IMG/VR virus record: IMGVR_UViG_3300012988_000016
Coordinates: 244,896-308,895 of that record
Strand: one strand, 5' to 3'
Length of the DNA: 64,000 nucleotides
In this document: positions 30,430-40,169 of the stretch, piece by piece
Position numbering within the stretch: the stretch's first letter is position 1
How the letters are laid out: each line of letters begins with the position of its first letter
Notes under the pieces: generated by a model
What the model was told of the DNA's origin: nothing
Database searches by the model: none
What the model saw: the letters and a program-made list of their open reading frames with translations, nothing else
Position numbers and translations under genes: made by a program

Positions 30430-31442
30430 TCGGCAGCCTGCAACTCTTCCTCTAGGCCGACATTGTGATACACTTCCGCCAATGTGGTGGGGGTGTGGTA
30501 CTGCCTCGGCTTGCCCGTGCCCGCCAGATTGATGTGGGCGATCTCCGCCTGCTCCTTGGAAAGCTGTCCTACCTCGATCTTCTCGATCAAGCGACCGAAC
30601 CTGGTGATCGCTTGATCGATTTCAATAGCCTTCGCATTCGTGGTAAGGATGAGGCGGATATTCAACGCTTCTCCAATCAGGCCGTCCCCCATATTCAACA
30701 AAGCTTGGATAGCCTTCATGTTCTCGGCTTGACGCTCAACCAACAGGTCGTCTGCGTCCTCTAAGATGAAGATGGTCTTCAGATCAGAGTCCATGTTGTC
30801 CAGTAGATTCAGGTATTTGTCCAGGTTATTGCTCAGGTCCAGCAACTGCTTGCTGTTGAGCAACACATACGCCACTCCTGGGCTGTATCGGTCCAGCAAA
30901 GCCCTGATGAGGAACGATTTGCCCGTTCCAGGTTGGCCCAAGATCAGCCCAACGCGGCCTTTCGGAACCTCCGCTTCCAACCCTTGTTGCAAACGGCGAA
31001 ATTGCTGTATCACGTGAGGATTGTAGTTCGACTCAATCAAAGGTTTGCCAGGTTGACCCATGCTTCGGAGGGAGTAGCTGCGCATACCTTCAATCAAAAG
31101 ATAGACCGGATTCTTGGCCGGGATCTCTACTGATTTGGTTTGATGAAGAGTGAAGACCCGCTCCAACTCTTGGAACACCTCTACTTCTCGGCTATACAGC
31201 AGTGCGTAGCTTGGAGTGATCTCCACATAAGTATCGAGGGAAGCAAAGGTTTTGTTCTCACCTTGGTCAATCACCAATGGCAACTGCTGTGTTTCACAAG
31301 CTTTGATGAAGGGCTCCTTATCAGACAACGGGTAGGTCCGCATCTGAACCTTATCCCCATCATTCAGATGAGCTCTTAGGATCCATCTTTTGACGATCAG
31401 TGGGTAGTGAGAATCGTCATTCAAGGAGTAGTGGGTGTCCAT
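30426..31442 (-). CDS. AAA+ ATPase, paralog of 13784-14833
   Basis: GQPGTGKS, FILEDAD, LLNMGDGL, TTN, DQAITRFGR; both paralogs end in QAAE. Confidence 0.9.
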   Translation of the reverse strand: MDTHYSLNDDSHYPLIVKRWILRAHLNDGDKVQMRTYPLSDKEPFIKACETQQLPLVIDQGENKTFASLDTYVEITPSYALLYSREVEVFQELERVFTLHQTKSVEIPAKNPVYLLIEGMRSYSLRSMGQPGKPLIESNYNPHVIQQFRRLQQGLEAEVPKGRVGLILGQPGTGKSFLIRALLDRYSPGVAYVLLNSKQLLDLSNNLDKYLNLLDNMDSDLKTIFILEDADDLLVERQAENMKAIQALLNMGDGLIGEALNIRLILTTNAKAIEIDQAITRFGRLIEKIEVGQLSKEQAEIAHINLAGTGKPRQYHTPTTLAEVYHNVGLEEELQAAE

Positions 31443-31451
31443 TGTGCCCCT

Positions 31452-31670
31452 CTACACCGCTCCGATCTCAGCCGTGGTCAGATCTTCCACTGCTTCTGAG
31501 CAGGCGAACCATCGTTGCTGCTCCAATGGGGACAGTTCCTCCCAGGGTGGGGACAACGGTCTGACGGGAGCTAACCCCACCCGTTCTTCTACCGTCTGAT
31601 AGGTGCGGTACGCCTCATAGGCTGTTTGAGCATAGCGAAGCGCATGCTGGTATACCGTCTCAGAATCCAT
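31452..31670 (-). CDS. hypothetical protein
   Basis: AYEAY...PPWEELSP. Confidence 0.6.
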   Translation of the reverse strand: MDSETVYQHALRYAQTAYEAYRTYQTVEERVGLAPVRPLSPPWEELSPLEQQRWFACSEAVEDLTTAEIGAV

Positions 31671-32190
31671 CCGAAATGCTCGTTACTGCGTCTATACAGC
31701 CTCGACATGTCACATCTTGGATTCGATCAAAGGATCTGGTGTTACCTATTGGGGTACCACACAGATATCGACCATCTTTTATCGAGTGATGCGTTCCACA
31801 GTAACTCCAGTAATGGATGGCAGTCATCTTACGTCGCCTCAAGTTCAGGGCAGTGCCGTTATTGGGACGTTTGCCTGGCCTGACCCACGCAATGTCGTGA
31901 TGCGAGGCGGCCGTCATCGCCGCATCCCTAGCATGATCGGTCAGGAAGCCGCCCACCCGTTCATAACGGTCTACCGTATGGCGTGGGGCATCGAACATGT
32001 GGAAGACGGTCACCTCGGCGATAGTGTTGGACAACCACAGCTGAGCCATCGCATCCGCCCCCTTAGCGTCTCCCAAGACGAAGCTGCACCCGTCTTGAAC
32101 CGCCTGGGCCAACTGAGGGACGTAGTGTTGCTCAAACTCTTCAGGGGTTAGGTCGAGATGACCAGAAACAAAGCAGATCATTCGGACCAC
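31660..32190 (-). CDS. SLOG-superfamily-like protein with C-terminal Cys module
   Basis: FVSGH...GDAKGAD...RDAAM...GTALNL. Confidence 0.65.
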   Translation of the reverse strand: MVRMICFVSGHLDLTPEEFEQHYVPQLAQAVQDGCSFVLGDAKGADAMAQLWLSNTIAEVTVFHMFDAPRHTVDRYERVGGFLTDHARDAAMTAASHHDIAWVRPGKRPNNGTALNLRRRKMTAIHYWSYCGTHHSIKDGRYLCGTPIGNTRSFDRIQDVTCRGCIDAVTSISDGF

Positions 32191-32414
32191 AATTCTTCCG
32201 CGATAGCTTGTAGTTGGGATGGCGTGAGAGGTTCTTTTGAGAAGATGTAGCTGTGTTGGTCGGTATCCTGCATACCAGGATCTTCGTAGACCAATACTCC
32301 CAACAGATTAAGAGCTCGGTTGAGAGTTTCGAGAGAAGGTCTGGATTTCCAACCGAAAATCAAATGACCATATGAAGTAGAGGCTGTTCCTGGTGTATCA
32401 CAATCAGCTATCAT
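32178..32414 (-). CDS. hypothetical protein
   Basis: 78-aa ORF. Confidence 0.55.
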   Translation of the reverse strand: MIADCDTPGTASTSYGHLIFGWKSRPSLETLNRALNLLGVLVYEDPGMQDTDQHSYIFSKEPLTPSQLQAIAEELWSE

Positions 32415-32449
32415 GTTGTTACCCTTGGGTCCTATCTGGCTTCACATTC

Positions 32450-32812
32450 TCAAACTACGTCAACAGATACCTCAGTCTCCAACACGGTCGGGACGTCAAT
32501 CTGGGATGACCCAACAGGCGGCTGTCGAGGCGGTATGGCGGAGTGTATGGTACAACCACCTCTAATCACACACCCAGCCAGAGTAGCGTGTGTACCTGCC
32601 TCAAATATCAGGAAGCCCTCAATATCCTGATTGGTTATTTGTATTTGGCCCATCTCACGTTTGAACCGGTAAACACCATCTAGACGGAACACCACCCTCT
32701 CAACCCCGTCAGCCGTCATCCGGAGTGGAGCTTCCCCCACTCCGGATGCAATCAGGATGTAGCACGAGAGGATTTGACGCTTAGTGGCGATGCTGGCAGG
32801 TTCGGCCATCAA
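32450..32812 (-). CDS. hypothetical protein
   Basis: Coupled ORF. Confidence 0.55.
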   Translation of the reverse strand: MMAEPASIATKRQILSCYILIASGVGEAPLRMTADGVERVVFRLDGVYRFKREMGQIQITNQDIEGFLIFEAGTHATLAGCVIRGGCTIHSAIPPRQPPVGSSQIDVPTVLETEVSVDVV

Positions 32813-33036
32813 CCCCTAGGCAGCGCTTTGACAGTCTGATCAATCCCTTGCTGGGACACCAGCTTGACCAGCGCTACTGCACCCGCCATGTTGCCACTGT
32901 GGACCTCCATGTGGATGCGAGTGGCGATACGTTCGCTAGCATCTTGCTCGCTCTTGGGCTTGGTTCCGCTGAGAGATTCGACAAATGCTCGGGCGGCCGC
33001 CCCTTTGAGGGTGATGGATTTGCTTCTAGAAGACAT
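32809..33036 (-). CDS. hypothetical protein
   Basis: 75-aa ORF. Confidence 0.55.
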   Translation of the reverse strand: MSSRSKSITLKGAAARAFVESLSGTKPKSEQDASERIATRIHMEVHSGNMAGAVALVKLVSQQGIDQTVKALPRG

Positions 33037-33038
33037 CT

Positions 33039-33563
33039 TCAGTCTTTCTTTTGAGGAAAGGTCACATCCCTAAACACGCGGTCAGACAATCGTTGATATT
33101 GATTCTTCAAGCTGTTGAAGATCAGGTTAAAGATACGGCGAATCGGATCATTCAGCAGGGTGCCGACGAGGCTGAATGGCCAGAAGATCATCCAAGCAGT
33201 GATCCGCTTCTTGTTCTCGGATGCGAGCGGCTTCTTGTCCAGAGGGAGGCCCCTATATTCAACAGGGAAATTGAAGTCCCCTCTTTCCTTCATCACCTCA
33301 CGGACACGCACCAAGAAGCTGAACCACTTGATGAACGACCACACCACGCCTACCACGATGAAGCCGACCAGATAGCCCACGCTAGTTAGTGTATGGGCCT
33401 TGATGAAGGCCAACAGATGCAGATCGGCCAAGTAGTGGGCTGCCACCAATGAGGCGATGATCGATAGGGTGGCCCAAACATACCGCTCTGTTTCGGTCAG
33501 CAGGGCCACCAACCCAAACACAACGAAGAATCCAATAATTCCAAACAATGAGGTGAATAGCAT
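33039..33563 (-). CDS. multi-pass membrane protein
   Basis: Three to four TM segments, NKKRITAWMIFWPFS; class B motif. Confidence 0.75.
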   Translation of the reverse strand: MLFTSLFGIIGFFVVFGLVALLTETERYVWATLSIIASLVAAHYLADLHLLAFIKAHTLTSVGYLVGFIVVGVVWSFIKWFSFLVRVREVMKERGDFNFPVEYRGLPLDKKPLASENKKRITAWMIFWPFSLVGTLLNDPIRRIFNLIFNSLKNQYQRLSDRVFRDVTFPQKKD

Positions 33564-33579
33564 GCTGGGCTATACACCA

Positions 33580-34434
33580 TCAGAGCATGAATGCTCGCGC
33601 GGGAGACATCTTCTGACGGCAAATAGAGGACGCCACTTCGGTGATCTCCTCAACGGTAGCCCTCCAATGATCTCGGTTGTTGCCTCGTTCTAGGCGTTGA
33701 CCCACCGCATGAACTCGAATCAAGAAGGCATCCACCGCATCTTCGATCTTGCCTTCAGGGCCAATGGCTGGAGGGCCCCCATTGGTTGAAATGGTTCGAA
33801 GAACGTTCACCAACACCACCTCTTTACCGTACATCAATGCGGCCATCAAGTCATGTTGAAGGGCTTGCGCCCTCCCATTAGCGGCAATCAGGATGTCGGT
33901 CGACCTGGCGAAAGCGTCCGCATAAGCGGCTTGAGAGTTAGCCACGTAGACCGGCAGGAAGTCATCTTCTACATAGAACATGAATCGCGGACAGCTAAAC
34001 CCTAGATTGGGGCGATTCAATCTTCGAGACGCCTGCATGATCGCCGCGTCTACCCCCATATTGCTTGCCCCGTGAAGATACCGGACATCCACACCCTTGA
34101 ACAAGTCCTGCATCCGACTAGTCACCACTTCAAGCAAAGAGGCGACGGCTTGCTCATAAGCGCCCGGCTTGACACCCCAAACCATGCAATGCTCTGCCGT
34201 CAAATTGCTGTAGCCATTTGCGGCCAACCGAAGGACATCATGGCCTTCTAGGTTCTCAACAATCGCTCGGTCAAGCTCATGTGGGAGGTAGATCCGTTTC
34301 TTGCTAAATACCTTACTATTGACGAGCCCATCCTCTGACGTCTCGACGCCAGGCAAAGAGGCGACGTACTTGTCGAAGGGTGCCTCAACAATGAAGCTCT
34401 CGTCTTTTTTACGAATTTGGCCTTCGGAATCCAT
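33580..34434 (-). CDS. SLOG/LOG-like Rossmannoid protein
   Basis: ANGYS...HGASNMGVDAA...GFS...STDILIAANG; class B motif gives ATG 34434. Confidence 0.6.
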   Translation of the reverse strand: MDSEGQIRKKDESFIVEAPFDKYVASLPGVETSEDGLVNSKVFSKKRIYLPHELDRAIVENLEGHDVLRLAANGYSNLTAEHCMVWGVKPGAYEQAVASLLEVVTSRMQDLFKGVDVRYLHGASNMGVDAAIMQASRRLNRPNLGFSCPRFMFYVEDDFLPVYVANSQAAYADAFARSTDILIAANGRAQALQHDLMAALMYGKEVVLVNVLRTISTNGGPPAIGPEGKIEDAVDAFLIRVHAVGQRLERGNNRDHWRATVEEITEVASSICRQKMSPARAFML

Positions 34435-34485
34435 AGCAGCTATACACCGAACCAAAGAAACGGTGTATAGCGCAGGAAAGTGTCC

Positions 34486-35457
34486 TCAAGGGACTGATTG
34501 AGGCTGATTTCTGGGATCCAGACGCTCCAAGATGTTGGCAGGAGTCTGGATGAGGAGCGACCCATGCAAGGGTTCTCGGTAACGTTCCTCTGAAGTATCG
34601 GTCCATCGAACAAAACGATCATACGTATCTCGCTGTTCTATAGGGGTGGTGGCACTCAACATCACAGGGTCAATCCAAATCGATTGGACGGTGAGATGTT
34701 GCACGTGTGAGTTTCTATTGACCACCACCACATCCCCAACTTGCAACAGATAGGCGGGGATTCGACAGGTTTTTGATCGTAGCAGTACAGCACGAATCCT
34801 ATCAGGCTGAGCTGTAGCCTTAGTAGAAGGAGGATCGGTCAGTTGTCCGTTGATCTTGAACTTAGGGGTAGCCAGATGCCCCCCAACAGGGTCAACACCT
34901 TCATTCCACATATGCGGGGGTATTTCGAGCGAAATACCACTAGGATGCCCCAAGTCAGCCTGTATCTCATGGTCCCAGTATTGGTCGACCGATACCCCTA
35001 GATCGGTGGCTTGTTGAAGCCAGAACTCTTTTTCATCCTCATCCGCCAGACCCATGGTATTAATTTCGCCCAACACTTCGGCGAAATCCTTGTCCAAAGA
35101 AAGCTGGCGATAGGCAGGGAACTGCTTAAAATCATGAGGGTATGGGTCTTTGAGGACCTTATCAGTCTTCTTCAGCAGACCTAGTTCTCGACATTGGTCA
35201 AAGAACCCCTTGCCTGGTACGCCAGTCCGGCTATTGACCACCACCGCCACAGAGAGCGGCCGCTTCTGGGCCGCATCATCAGCCGTGATCAGAGACAGCG
35301 ATTGGGCCAACTCTCCGCCACCTGGCAGAGTTTTGAGTATTTGGGCCAACTCTTGATAGGTGATGGTCTTCCGGCTGAATATTCGGTCCAACAGGATGCC
35401 ACGAACACAGCACGCTCGCATGACGAGACGTGCATCTCTTTCGAAATGCTCAAACAT
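34486..35457 (-). CDS. hypothetical protein with putative N-terminal DNA-binding helical domain
   Basis: TITYQELA...RPLSVAVVV...GVPGKGFF; C-terminal SH3-like segment. Confidence 0.65.
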   Translation of the reverse strand: MFEHFERDARLVMRACCVRGILLDRIFSRKTITYQELAQILKTLPGGGELAQSLSLITADDAAQKRPLSVAVVVNSRTGVPGKGFFDQCRELGLLKKTDKVLKDPYPHDFKQFPAYRQLSLDKDFAEVLGEINTMGLADEDEKEFWLQQATDLGVSVDQYWDHEIQADLGHPSGISLEIPPHMWNEGVDPVGGHLATPKFKINGQLTDPPSTKATAQPDRIRAVLLRSKTCRIPAYLLQVGDVVVVNRNSHVQHLTVQSIWIDPVMLSATTPIEQRDTYDRFVRWTDTSEERYREPLHGSLLIQTPANILERLDPRNQPQSVP

Positions 35458-35565
35458 AGCTAGATTTTCCAGTCTGCCCGGGTGTTATGCGGGCGATACG
35501 CTCAGAACTATGCCGAGCGTTGCTGGTAACCTACACGGGTTCGAACATTATGTCAACATCAAAAT

Positions 35566-35736
35566 CTACTTTTGAGAGACCCTCTGACTCTCTTTGGAGA
35601 AGTACTCGTCTCGGTGAGCACTACAGACATGTAGTTCTCCGCCATGGATCGAGATAAGGATGCACTCTTTCCCACACCCTTCCTCGAAATTGCACTTCAG
35701 GTCGCACTCTTGATCGTGATACCAGCCAGAGTTCAT
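35566..35736 (-). CDS. small Cys/His protein (not in ORF track)
   Basis: ATG 10 nt after GGTGTA; MNSGWYHDQECDLKC...CSAH, 56 aa. Confidence 0.55.
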   Translation of the reverse strand: MNSGWYHDQECDLKCNFEEGCGKECILISIHGGELHVCSAHRDEYFSKESQRVSQK

Positions 35737-35771
35737 CCAGGTCATTTACACCCGTTGGTGTATGGTCAAGA

Positions 35772-36065
35772 ATGGAATTGACAACCAATCATGTGGTCAA
35801 AGCCTTCGCGGTTCTCGAAGGGTTGCCAGACCTGGAACACGGCTTTCTTCAGCACGTGTTGTTGGTAGCGTTGCAGACACCCCACTGTATCGACATCCAC
35901 CTAGCCGAGGCGTTGTTGCTGGTACCTAGCCTGGTCAAAGGGGAGGTGGTGGAAGGGGAGCCGCCAGTCCTCGACATGGCCAAAAAGCTGGCCGATCTAG
36001 CCCGACAGGACCCCCGCTTCCTTCAGAACTACCTGGACGGAAATCCGATGCAATCGTTTATGTGA
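35772..36065 (+). CDS. hypothetical protein
   Basis: Class B motif 9 nt upstream; divergent pair. Confidence 0.65.
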   Translation: MELTTNHVVKAFAVLEGLPDLEHGFLQHVLLVALQTPHCIDIHLAEALLLVPSLVKGEVVEGEPPVLDMAKKLADLARQDPRFLQNYLDGNPMQSFM

Positions 36066-36291
36066 GAGCCGTTTTCTTCTCTAGGACAAGACGGTAAAAC
36101 GGTTTGGGTAGGATAGTGACACTGATCCAGTTAACCTGATTGCAGGTAGGACAATCCCAAGAGATTGCGTCTCCGTCTCTCTTGTCTGAGATGAACGTTG
36201 TGTCGGTCGGCAACAAGGCGACTTTAGTTCCACAGTCGCCACAAGTGCTCTTATACTCTGGGTTCGGTTTAGGTACGCTGATGATCCGCAT
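36058..36291 (-). CDS. zinc-ribbon protein
   Basis: CGDC...CPTC. Confidence 0.65.
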   Translation of the reverse strand: MRIISVPKPNPEYKSTCGDCGTKVALLPTDTTFISDKRDGDAISWDCPTCNQVNWISVTILPKPFYRLVLEKKTALT

Positions 36292-36509
36292 CAGTATCCC
36301 AGACGAACGGGCGGCTTGATTTCCAAAAGCTCCATCGAAGGTGTATTCTGGAGCTTTTCGATCTGACTGGAACGAGCCAAATCAGCAACGAAGCGTAGCA
36401 ACGTTTCGGCTGGAAGCACCATGTCACGGTTATGGTGGCGGATCACCACCTCACCGCGAAGATCAGCATTGAAGCAAAATATCGTCTCGCCAACTTGATA
36501 GGTCTGCAT
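36291..36509 (-). CDS. hypothetical protein
   Basis: Class B motif 9 nt upstream. Confidence 0.65.
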   Translation of the reverse strand: MQTYQVGETIFCFNADLRGEVVIRHHNRDMVLPAETLLRFVADLARSSQIEKLQNTPSMELLEIKPPVRLGY

Positions 36510-36515
36510 CGCAGA

Positions 36516-36986
36516 CTATACACCGCTGATTCGGAAAGTCAGCCGCTTGGCCAGCTCAAAACCCTTCTGGGTCATCCTGGCTTCACTGACGTCTTGTCCG
36601 TTAGCCTCATTGGTATCTTGGCGATGTTCAATCAGTTCCAACTCGACCAATTTCTTGGCCTGACGAGACTCCCCAGGGAGGACCTCTACCCAACAGGTTC
36701 TGGAATCAGGATGACAGCCGTCGGCTTCTTCGAACAAGCTGATCAACAGCTTCTTCTGAGGCTTAGTGAGCTTGACTAGAGGCGAAGGGGTGGCGTCCAG
36801 TTGAGCCTCGTTTAGCTTCTCGGCGATGAATTGGGCTAGTTTGGGGCCCTCTACGTAGCAAAGGAAGCGTGCTGGACGAGACTTGCTGGTAGCGAACACT
36901 GCATCCCATAAGACGGTAGTCCTGGGCATCAACTGTTGGCCAGCTTCCGCCGTCTCATCCGAGAAAAGAAAATTGGGTTGAGTCAT
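36516..36986 (-). CDS. hypothetical protein, possible C-terminal winged helix
   Basis: LTKPQKKLL...KLVELELIE...RMTQKG; class A motif 36993-37020. Confidence 0.65.
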   Translation of the reverse strand: MTQPNFLFSDETAEAGQQLMPRTTVLWDAVFATSKSRPARFLCYVEGPKLAQFIAEKLNEAQLDATPSPLVKLTKPQKKLLISLFEEADGCHPDSRTCWVEVLPGESRQAKKLVELELIEHRQDTNEANGQDVSEARMTQKGFELAKRLTFRISGV

Positions 36987-37016
36987 ACTAGGTTGAACGG
37001 ATCTTAGGGCCAAACA

Positions 37017-37307
37017 TTAAGGATTGGCGTTCCAATAGGCCTCCCAAGCAGGGGCAGCCAATTCTTTCGAGGCATGACCACCACCCATCCCGAAGATGTT
37101 CCGACTCTTAGGGTCGGGCGGCATGTGGGTGCAGGCTTCGCACAATGGAACGCCGCAAACGAATCCGCCCGTATGCTGGCATTGACGAGTCGCCTTGGCC
37201 GAACAATTGACGCAAACCAAATCCTGATGCTCTTCACAGAACTCTTGTGCGGTCGGCTTCTGGCAGCGACCCACCCAGGCATTTTGGTAACAACAACTGT
37301 TCATCAC
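37017..37307 (-). CDS. Cys-rich zinc-finger protein
   Basis: Multiple CxxC/CxxH motifs. Confidence 0.65.
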   Translation of the reverse strand: MMNSCCYQNAWVGRCQKPTAQEFCEEHQDLVCVNCSAKATRQCQHTGGFVCGVPLCEACTHMPPDPKSRNIFGMGGGHASKELAAPAWEAYWNANP

Positions 37308-37555
37308 CGAAGTTTATCTGGCAGCGGGAACGAACGCAACATGGGGTTAGACAATCGGCCTCTGGACGGAAGCGGAGGGGGTGTGGAAGGTCGGTGGGGT
37401 GTTTTCAACCCTTCTTCAATCACCAGATCAAAGTCAGCATCATCAAGCTGAAGCGCTTGCTTGACCATCTGATCCAGCGTCAAGGTGGTGGTTCGGGTAG
37501 ACCCAACCACATGTTCGTAGTTGGGGGGTGGAGGGGTGGTGTCTTGATTAGCCAT
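37304..37555 (-). CDS. Pro-rich hypothetical protein
   Basis: Class A motif 37562-37590 gives ATG 37555. Confidence 0.55.
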   Translation of the reverse strand: MANQDTTPPPPNYEHVVGSTRTTTLTLDQMVKQALQLDDADFDLVIEEGLKTPHRPSTPPPLPSRGRLSNPMLRSFPLPDKLR

Positions 37556-37607
37556 ATTGGATTGAACGGTACAAGGCTGGCCAGAATTAACCCCTGCTGC
37601 AAAATTG

Positions 37608-38117
37608 CTAGTTGAGTTCAGACGGGATCCACCTGCCTGCCGGTACCTCAAAGGTAAGCAGTTTCCCACCCCGCTCTATCAAGCAAACCATCGAATGTTG
37701 GCGATTCTGCACAGCTGCGATGTAGTCCTCCAACCCATTTATGTCCTGGCCATCCACTCGAAGCACCACATCCCCCACCTGGATGCCCGCATGCACGGCA
37801 GGACTATGGGGCAACAGATGTAGGACATTCAACCCTTTGGTCGGGGTTTTGGGGCGATATTTGGGGCAAGGACACTCCAGGTCAATATCCAACGCCATCA
37901 AACAAAAGCCGTGTTGAGGGCTGTGGTGCTGTTTGATGTGCCCACATTCACACACCAGGTATTGAAGATGGTCTGGCGATGGTTCAACTGACGTCAAACT
38001 ACCGGTCACGTTATCTCGGGCACAGATCTGGGCAAATCGAATCCTAGCTTCAGACTCACTCCAACAATCGGCCTCGTAAAACGTCCCGTCCGTGCAATCG
38101 AAATGGTAGCGGTTCAT
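37608..38117 (-). CDS. PDZ-domain protein with N-terminal Cys/His module
   Basis: GLNVLHLLPHSPAVHAGIQVGDVVLRVDG. Confidence 0.8.
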   Translation of the reverse strand: MNRYHFDCTDGTFYEADCWSESEARIRFAQICARDNVTGSLTSVEPSPDHLQYLVCECGHIKQHHSPQHGFCLMALDIDLECPCPKYRPKTPTKGLNVLHLLPHSPAVHAGIQVGDVVLRVDGQDINGLEDYIAAVQNRQHSMVCLIERGGKLLTFEVPAGRWIPSELN

Positions 38118-38368
38118 TTGGCCTTCTTGGCCCGAAGCAAATCGTCGATGTATTGAATTCGACGTTCGTGATCCTCGTAGCGATCCCGCCCCGACACCCC
38201 ACCTCCAGCAATCAACGTACCCAATTGATCCATTTGCCGTATAGAGAAGCTCCTAGCTTCCTTCAGCTCATCTAGCGTCATTCGATCAAAATGAGCCTTC
38301 TGAGCCTGTCCCAAAGATGCGGACGGCTTGGTGGGTATTGGAGGCTTGGGGGATTTGCGTTTTGACAT
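38114..38368 (-). CDS. hypothetical protein
   Basis: Coupled ORF. Confidence 0.55.
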   Translation of the reverse strand: MSKRKSPKPPIPTKPSASLGQAQKAHFDRMTLDELKEARSFSIRQMDQLGTLIAGGGVSGRDRYEDHERRIQYIDDLLRAKKAK

Positions 38369-38715
38369 CAGGGTTCTGAATGGGCACGAGACCAGATGAC
38401 CGTGCCCTCGGGATTCATGATGTGGATTACATCGTCACATTGTTCATTGACACGAAAAATCGCATCTTTGTCCGAATAGGCCTCGACGAACCACCCTTCT
38501 CCCTGACCAGGACGTGCATACCGATACTTCCGGAGGAAAGCCTTGGACCTTTCCTCCTCGACATGTTGTTCCATGAACGCTTTGGCCCAACGGTATGACC
38601 GTTCAGCGTACAGATCTGCCTGCTCGTGTCTATTGGTCAGATCAGAAATCAAGGTGACCGACACACGGACGAAAATGTCTCGGGCCAGTTGGTGAATTTG
38701 TTCTTCTCGATTCAT
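38368..38715 (-). CDS. hypothetical protein
   Basis: Class A-like motif; C-terminus resembles the N-terminus of 47194-47532. Confidence 0.6.
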   Translation of the reverse strand: MNREEQIHQLARDIFVRVSVTLISDLTNRHEQADLYAERSYRWAKAFMEQHVEEERSKAFLRKYRYARPGQGEGWFVEAYSDKDAIFRVNEQCDDVIHIMNPEGTVIWSRAHSEP

Positions 38716-38761
38716 TGCAACAATAGACGGCCGGAAGGGACCTCTCGTTAACCCATACACC

Positions 38762-38789
38762 AAAGAAAAAGGCGCCCTTTCGAGCGCCT
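38762..38789 (-). terminator. rho-independent terminator
   Basis: Minus strand AGGCGCTC-GAAA-GGGCGCCT followed by TTTTCTTT. Confidence 0.8.
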
Positions 38790-38819
38790 CTTGGTCACGG
38801 TCGTAACTTCAGAACGTCG

Positions 38820-39431
38820 TCAGTACCACCAGTCCATTCGAAAGTCATCGAATTGGACTGACGCAGATGTGGCGGTCTTGACCAACGCAAGGCGAACCAC
38901 CACATCTTGCCTACAATTCAACACCTCTGGAGTCCAGATCCTAGTCCAAGCGGTGGATTTCGGCAGATCAATCTCTTTCTGCGACATGATGAAGTAATCT
39001 GGATCCAGCAAGACGATCGCTACGTGTGCACCTTGAGAGGTACGGACCGACACCTCCGCACTGCAGAACTTGGCATTGCTGGATTGCTGTGAAAACGGAC
39101 CTGAGGAGGTCCTGCCTCGGCAAGCATCGTAACGAGAGTTAGCGTCTCCTGCTAGCGTGAAATACCTGTCAAGCGCCATAAAGTTGCCATTCGACTCTCT
39201 ATCGGCAAACGACATCAACACTGCCCCAGGCGGGCTCTTGTTGCTTCCAGTGGTGCCAACCTTGGTGACACCCGATACCGAGACATTCCAAAGACCCCAA
39301 TTACCCCAGCCGTTGAAGCTGTCGTAGGACGTATAGTCGTAGCACCAGCTGGGAAGCGCCTGCGCCTGTGTGGTGCTGCTGAGAACCAGCAACGCAAGCA
39401 ACATACCGAACAATCTCACCATATTTTTCAT
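38820..39431 (-). CDS. secreted beta-sandwich (CBM-like) protein
   Basis: Signal peptide ending AQA; C-terminal VQFDDF; AAGGAG RBS. Confidence 0.65.
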   Translation of the reverse strand: MKNMVRLFGMLLALLVLSSTTQAQALPSWCYDYTSYDSFNGWGNWGLWNVSVSGVTKVGTTGSNKSPPGAVLMSFADRESNGNFMALDRYFTLAGDANSRYDACRGRTSSGPFSQQSSNAKFCSAEVSVRTSQGAHVAIVLLDPDYFIMSQKEIDLPKSTAWTRIWTPEVLNCRQDVVVRLALVKTATSASVQFDDFRMDWWY

Positions 39432-39491
39432 CCGTTGTCTCCTTTAGGGACGGTTGGCCCACCCTACACCAATCGGTGTACTGAAAGCCAG

Positions 39492-40169
39492 ATGATCTAC
39501 TGGGAACGGGTCAACCCCGTGCTACGAATTGACGTTTTGCCGTTCATGGCAGAAGAATTGTTCGGCGATCAGTGGATTGATGGACGCTCGGCCCTCACAT
39601 GGTCGATGGGGATGACCCCCAAGGAGGCGGCAGATCGGATCCGTGCTGCTATGGAGGAGGGCTACGATTATCTGATCCTGTACGGCCATTTGGGCAAAAA
39701 CGTTCACACCTGCTGTTTGCGAGCCGAACAGATCCCAAACGAGTTTGGCCAGCAGCCTCCCGAGTGGTGGGTCAAAGAAGGTACGCTCGAAGCTTTGCTG
39801 CATGAAGTCAAGCAGCAAAGAGAACTGGCGATGGCGATGAACCTAAAACGGCAATCTATCGTCAAGCCCAACGTGCCGCCGATGCCAGGCTATTGCAAGT
39901 GTGGATTGCCTGATAGGGTGCATGTTGAGCACAGTCCGCCATTTAGAGGTATTGACGACGACGAATACAAGGCCTGGGTACAAGAGTTCAATCGAACCTA
40001 TGGTTCGGCATTGCAGCGCATGACGACGGTGGAGTTGCTCTGTATGCCGATCCTTCACATGGGGCATGTCAGAAGACTGTGTTTGATTCAGTTGGAGATC
40101 GAGCTACGTCTCAAACTGACCCCCACCATCCAGCGAACATCCAGCTGGCAACTCCTACTGGAGAGCTAA
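39492..40169 (+). CDS. hypothetical protein with C-terminal RTSSWQLL motif
   Basis: Class B motif 11 nt upstream. Confidence 0.65.
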   Translation: MIYWERVNPVLRIDVLPFMAEELFGDQWIDGRSALTWSMGMTPKEAADRIRAAMEEGYDYLILYGHLGKNVHTCCLRAEQIPNEFGQQPPEWWVKEGTLEALLHEVKQQRELAMAMNLKRQSIVKPNVPPMPGYCKCGLPDRVHVEHSPPFRGIDDDEYKAWVQEFNRTYGSALQRMTTVELLCMPILHMGHVRRLCLIQLEIELRLKLTPTIQRTSSWQLLLES

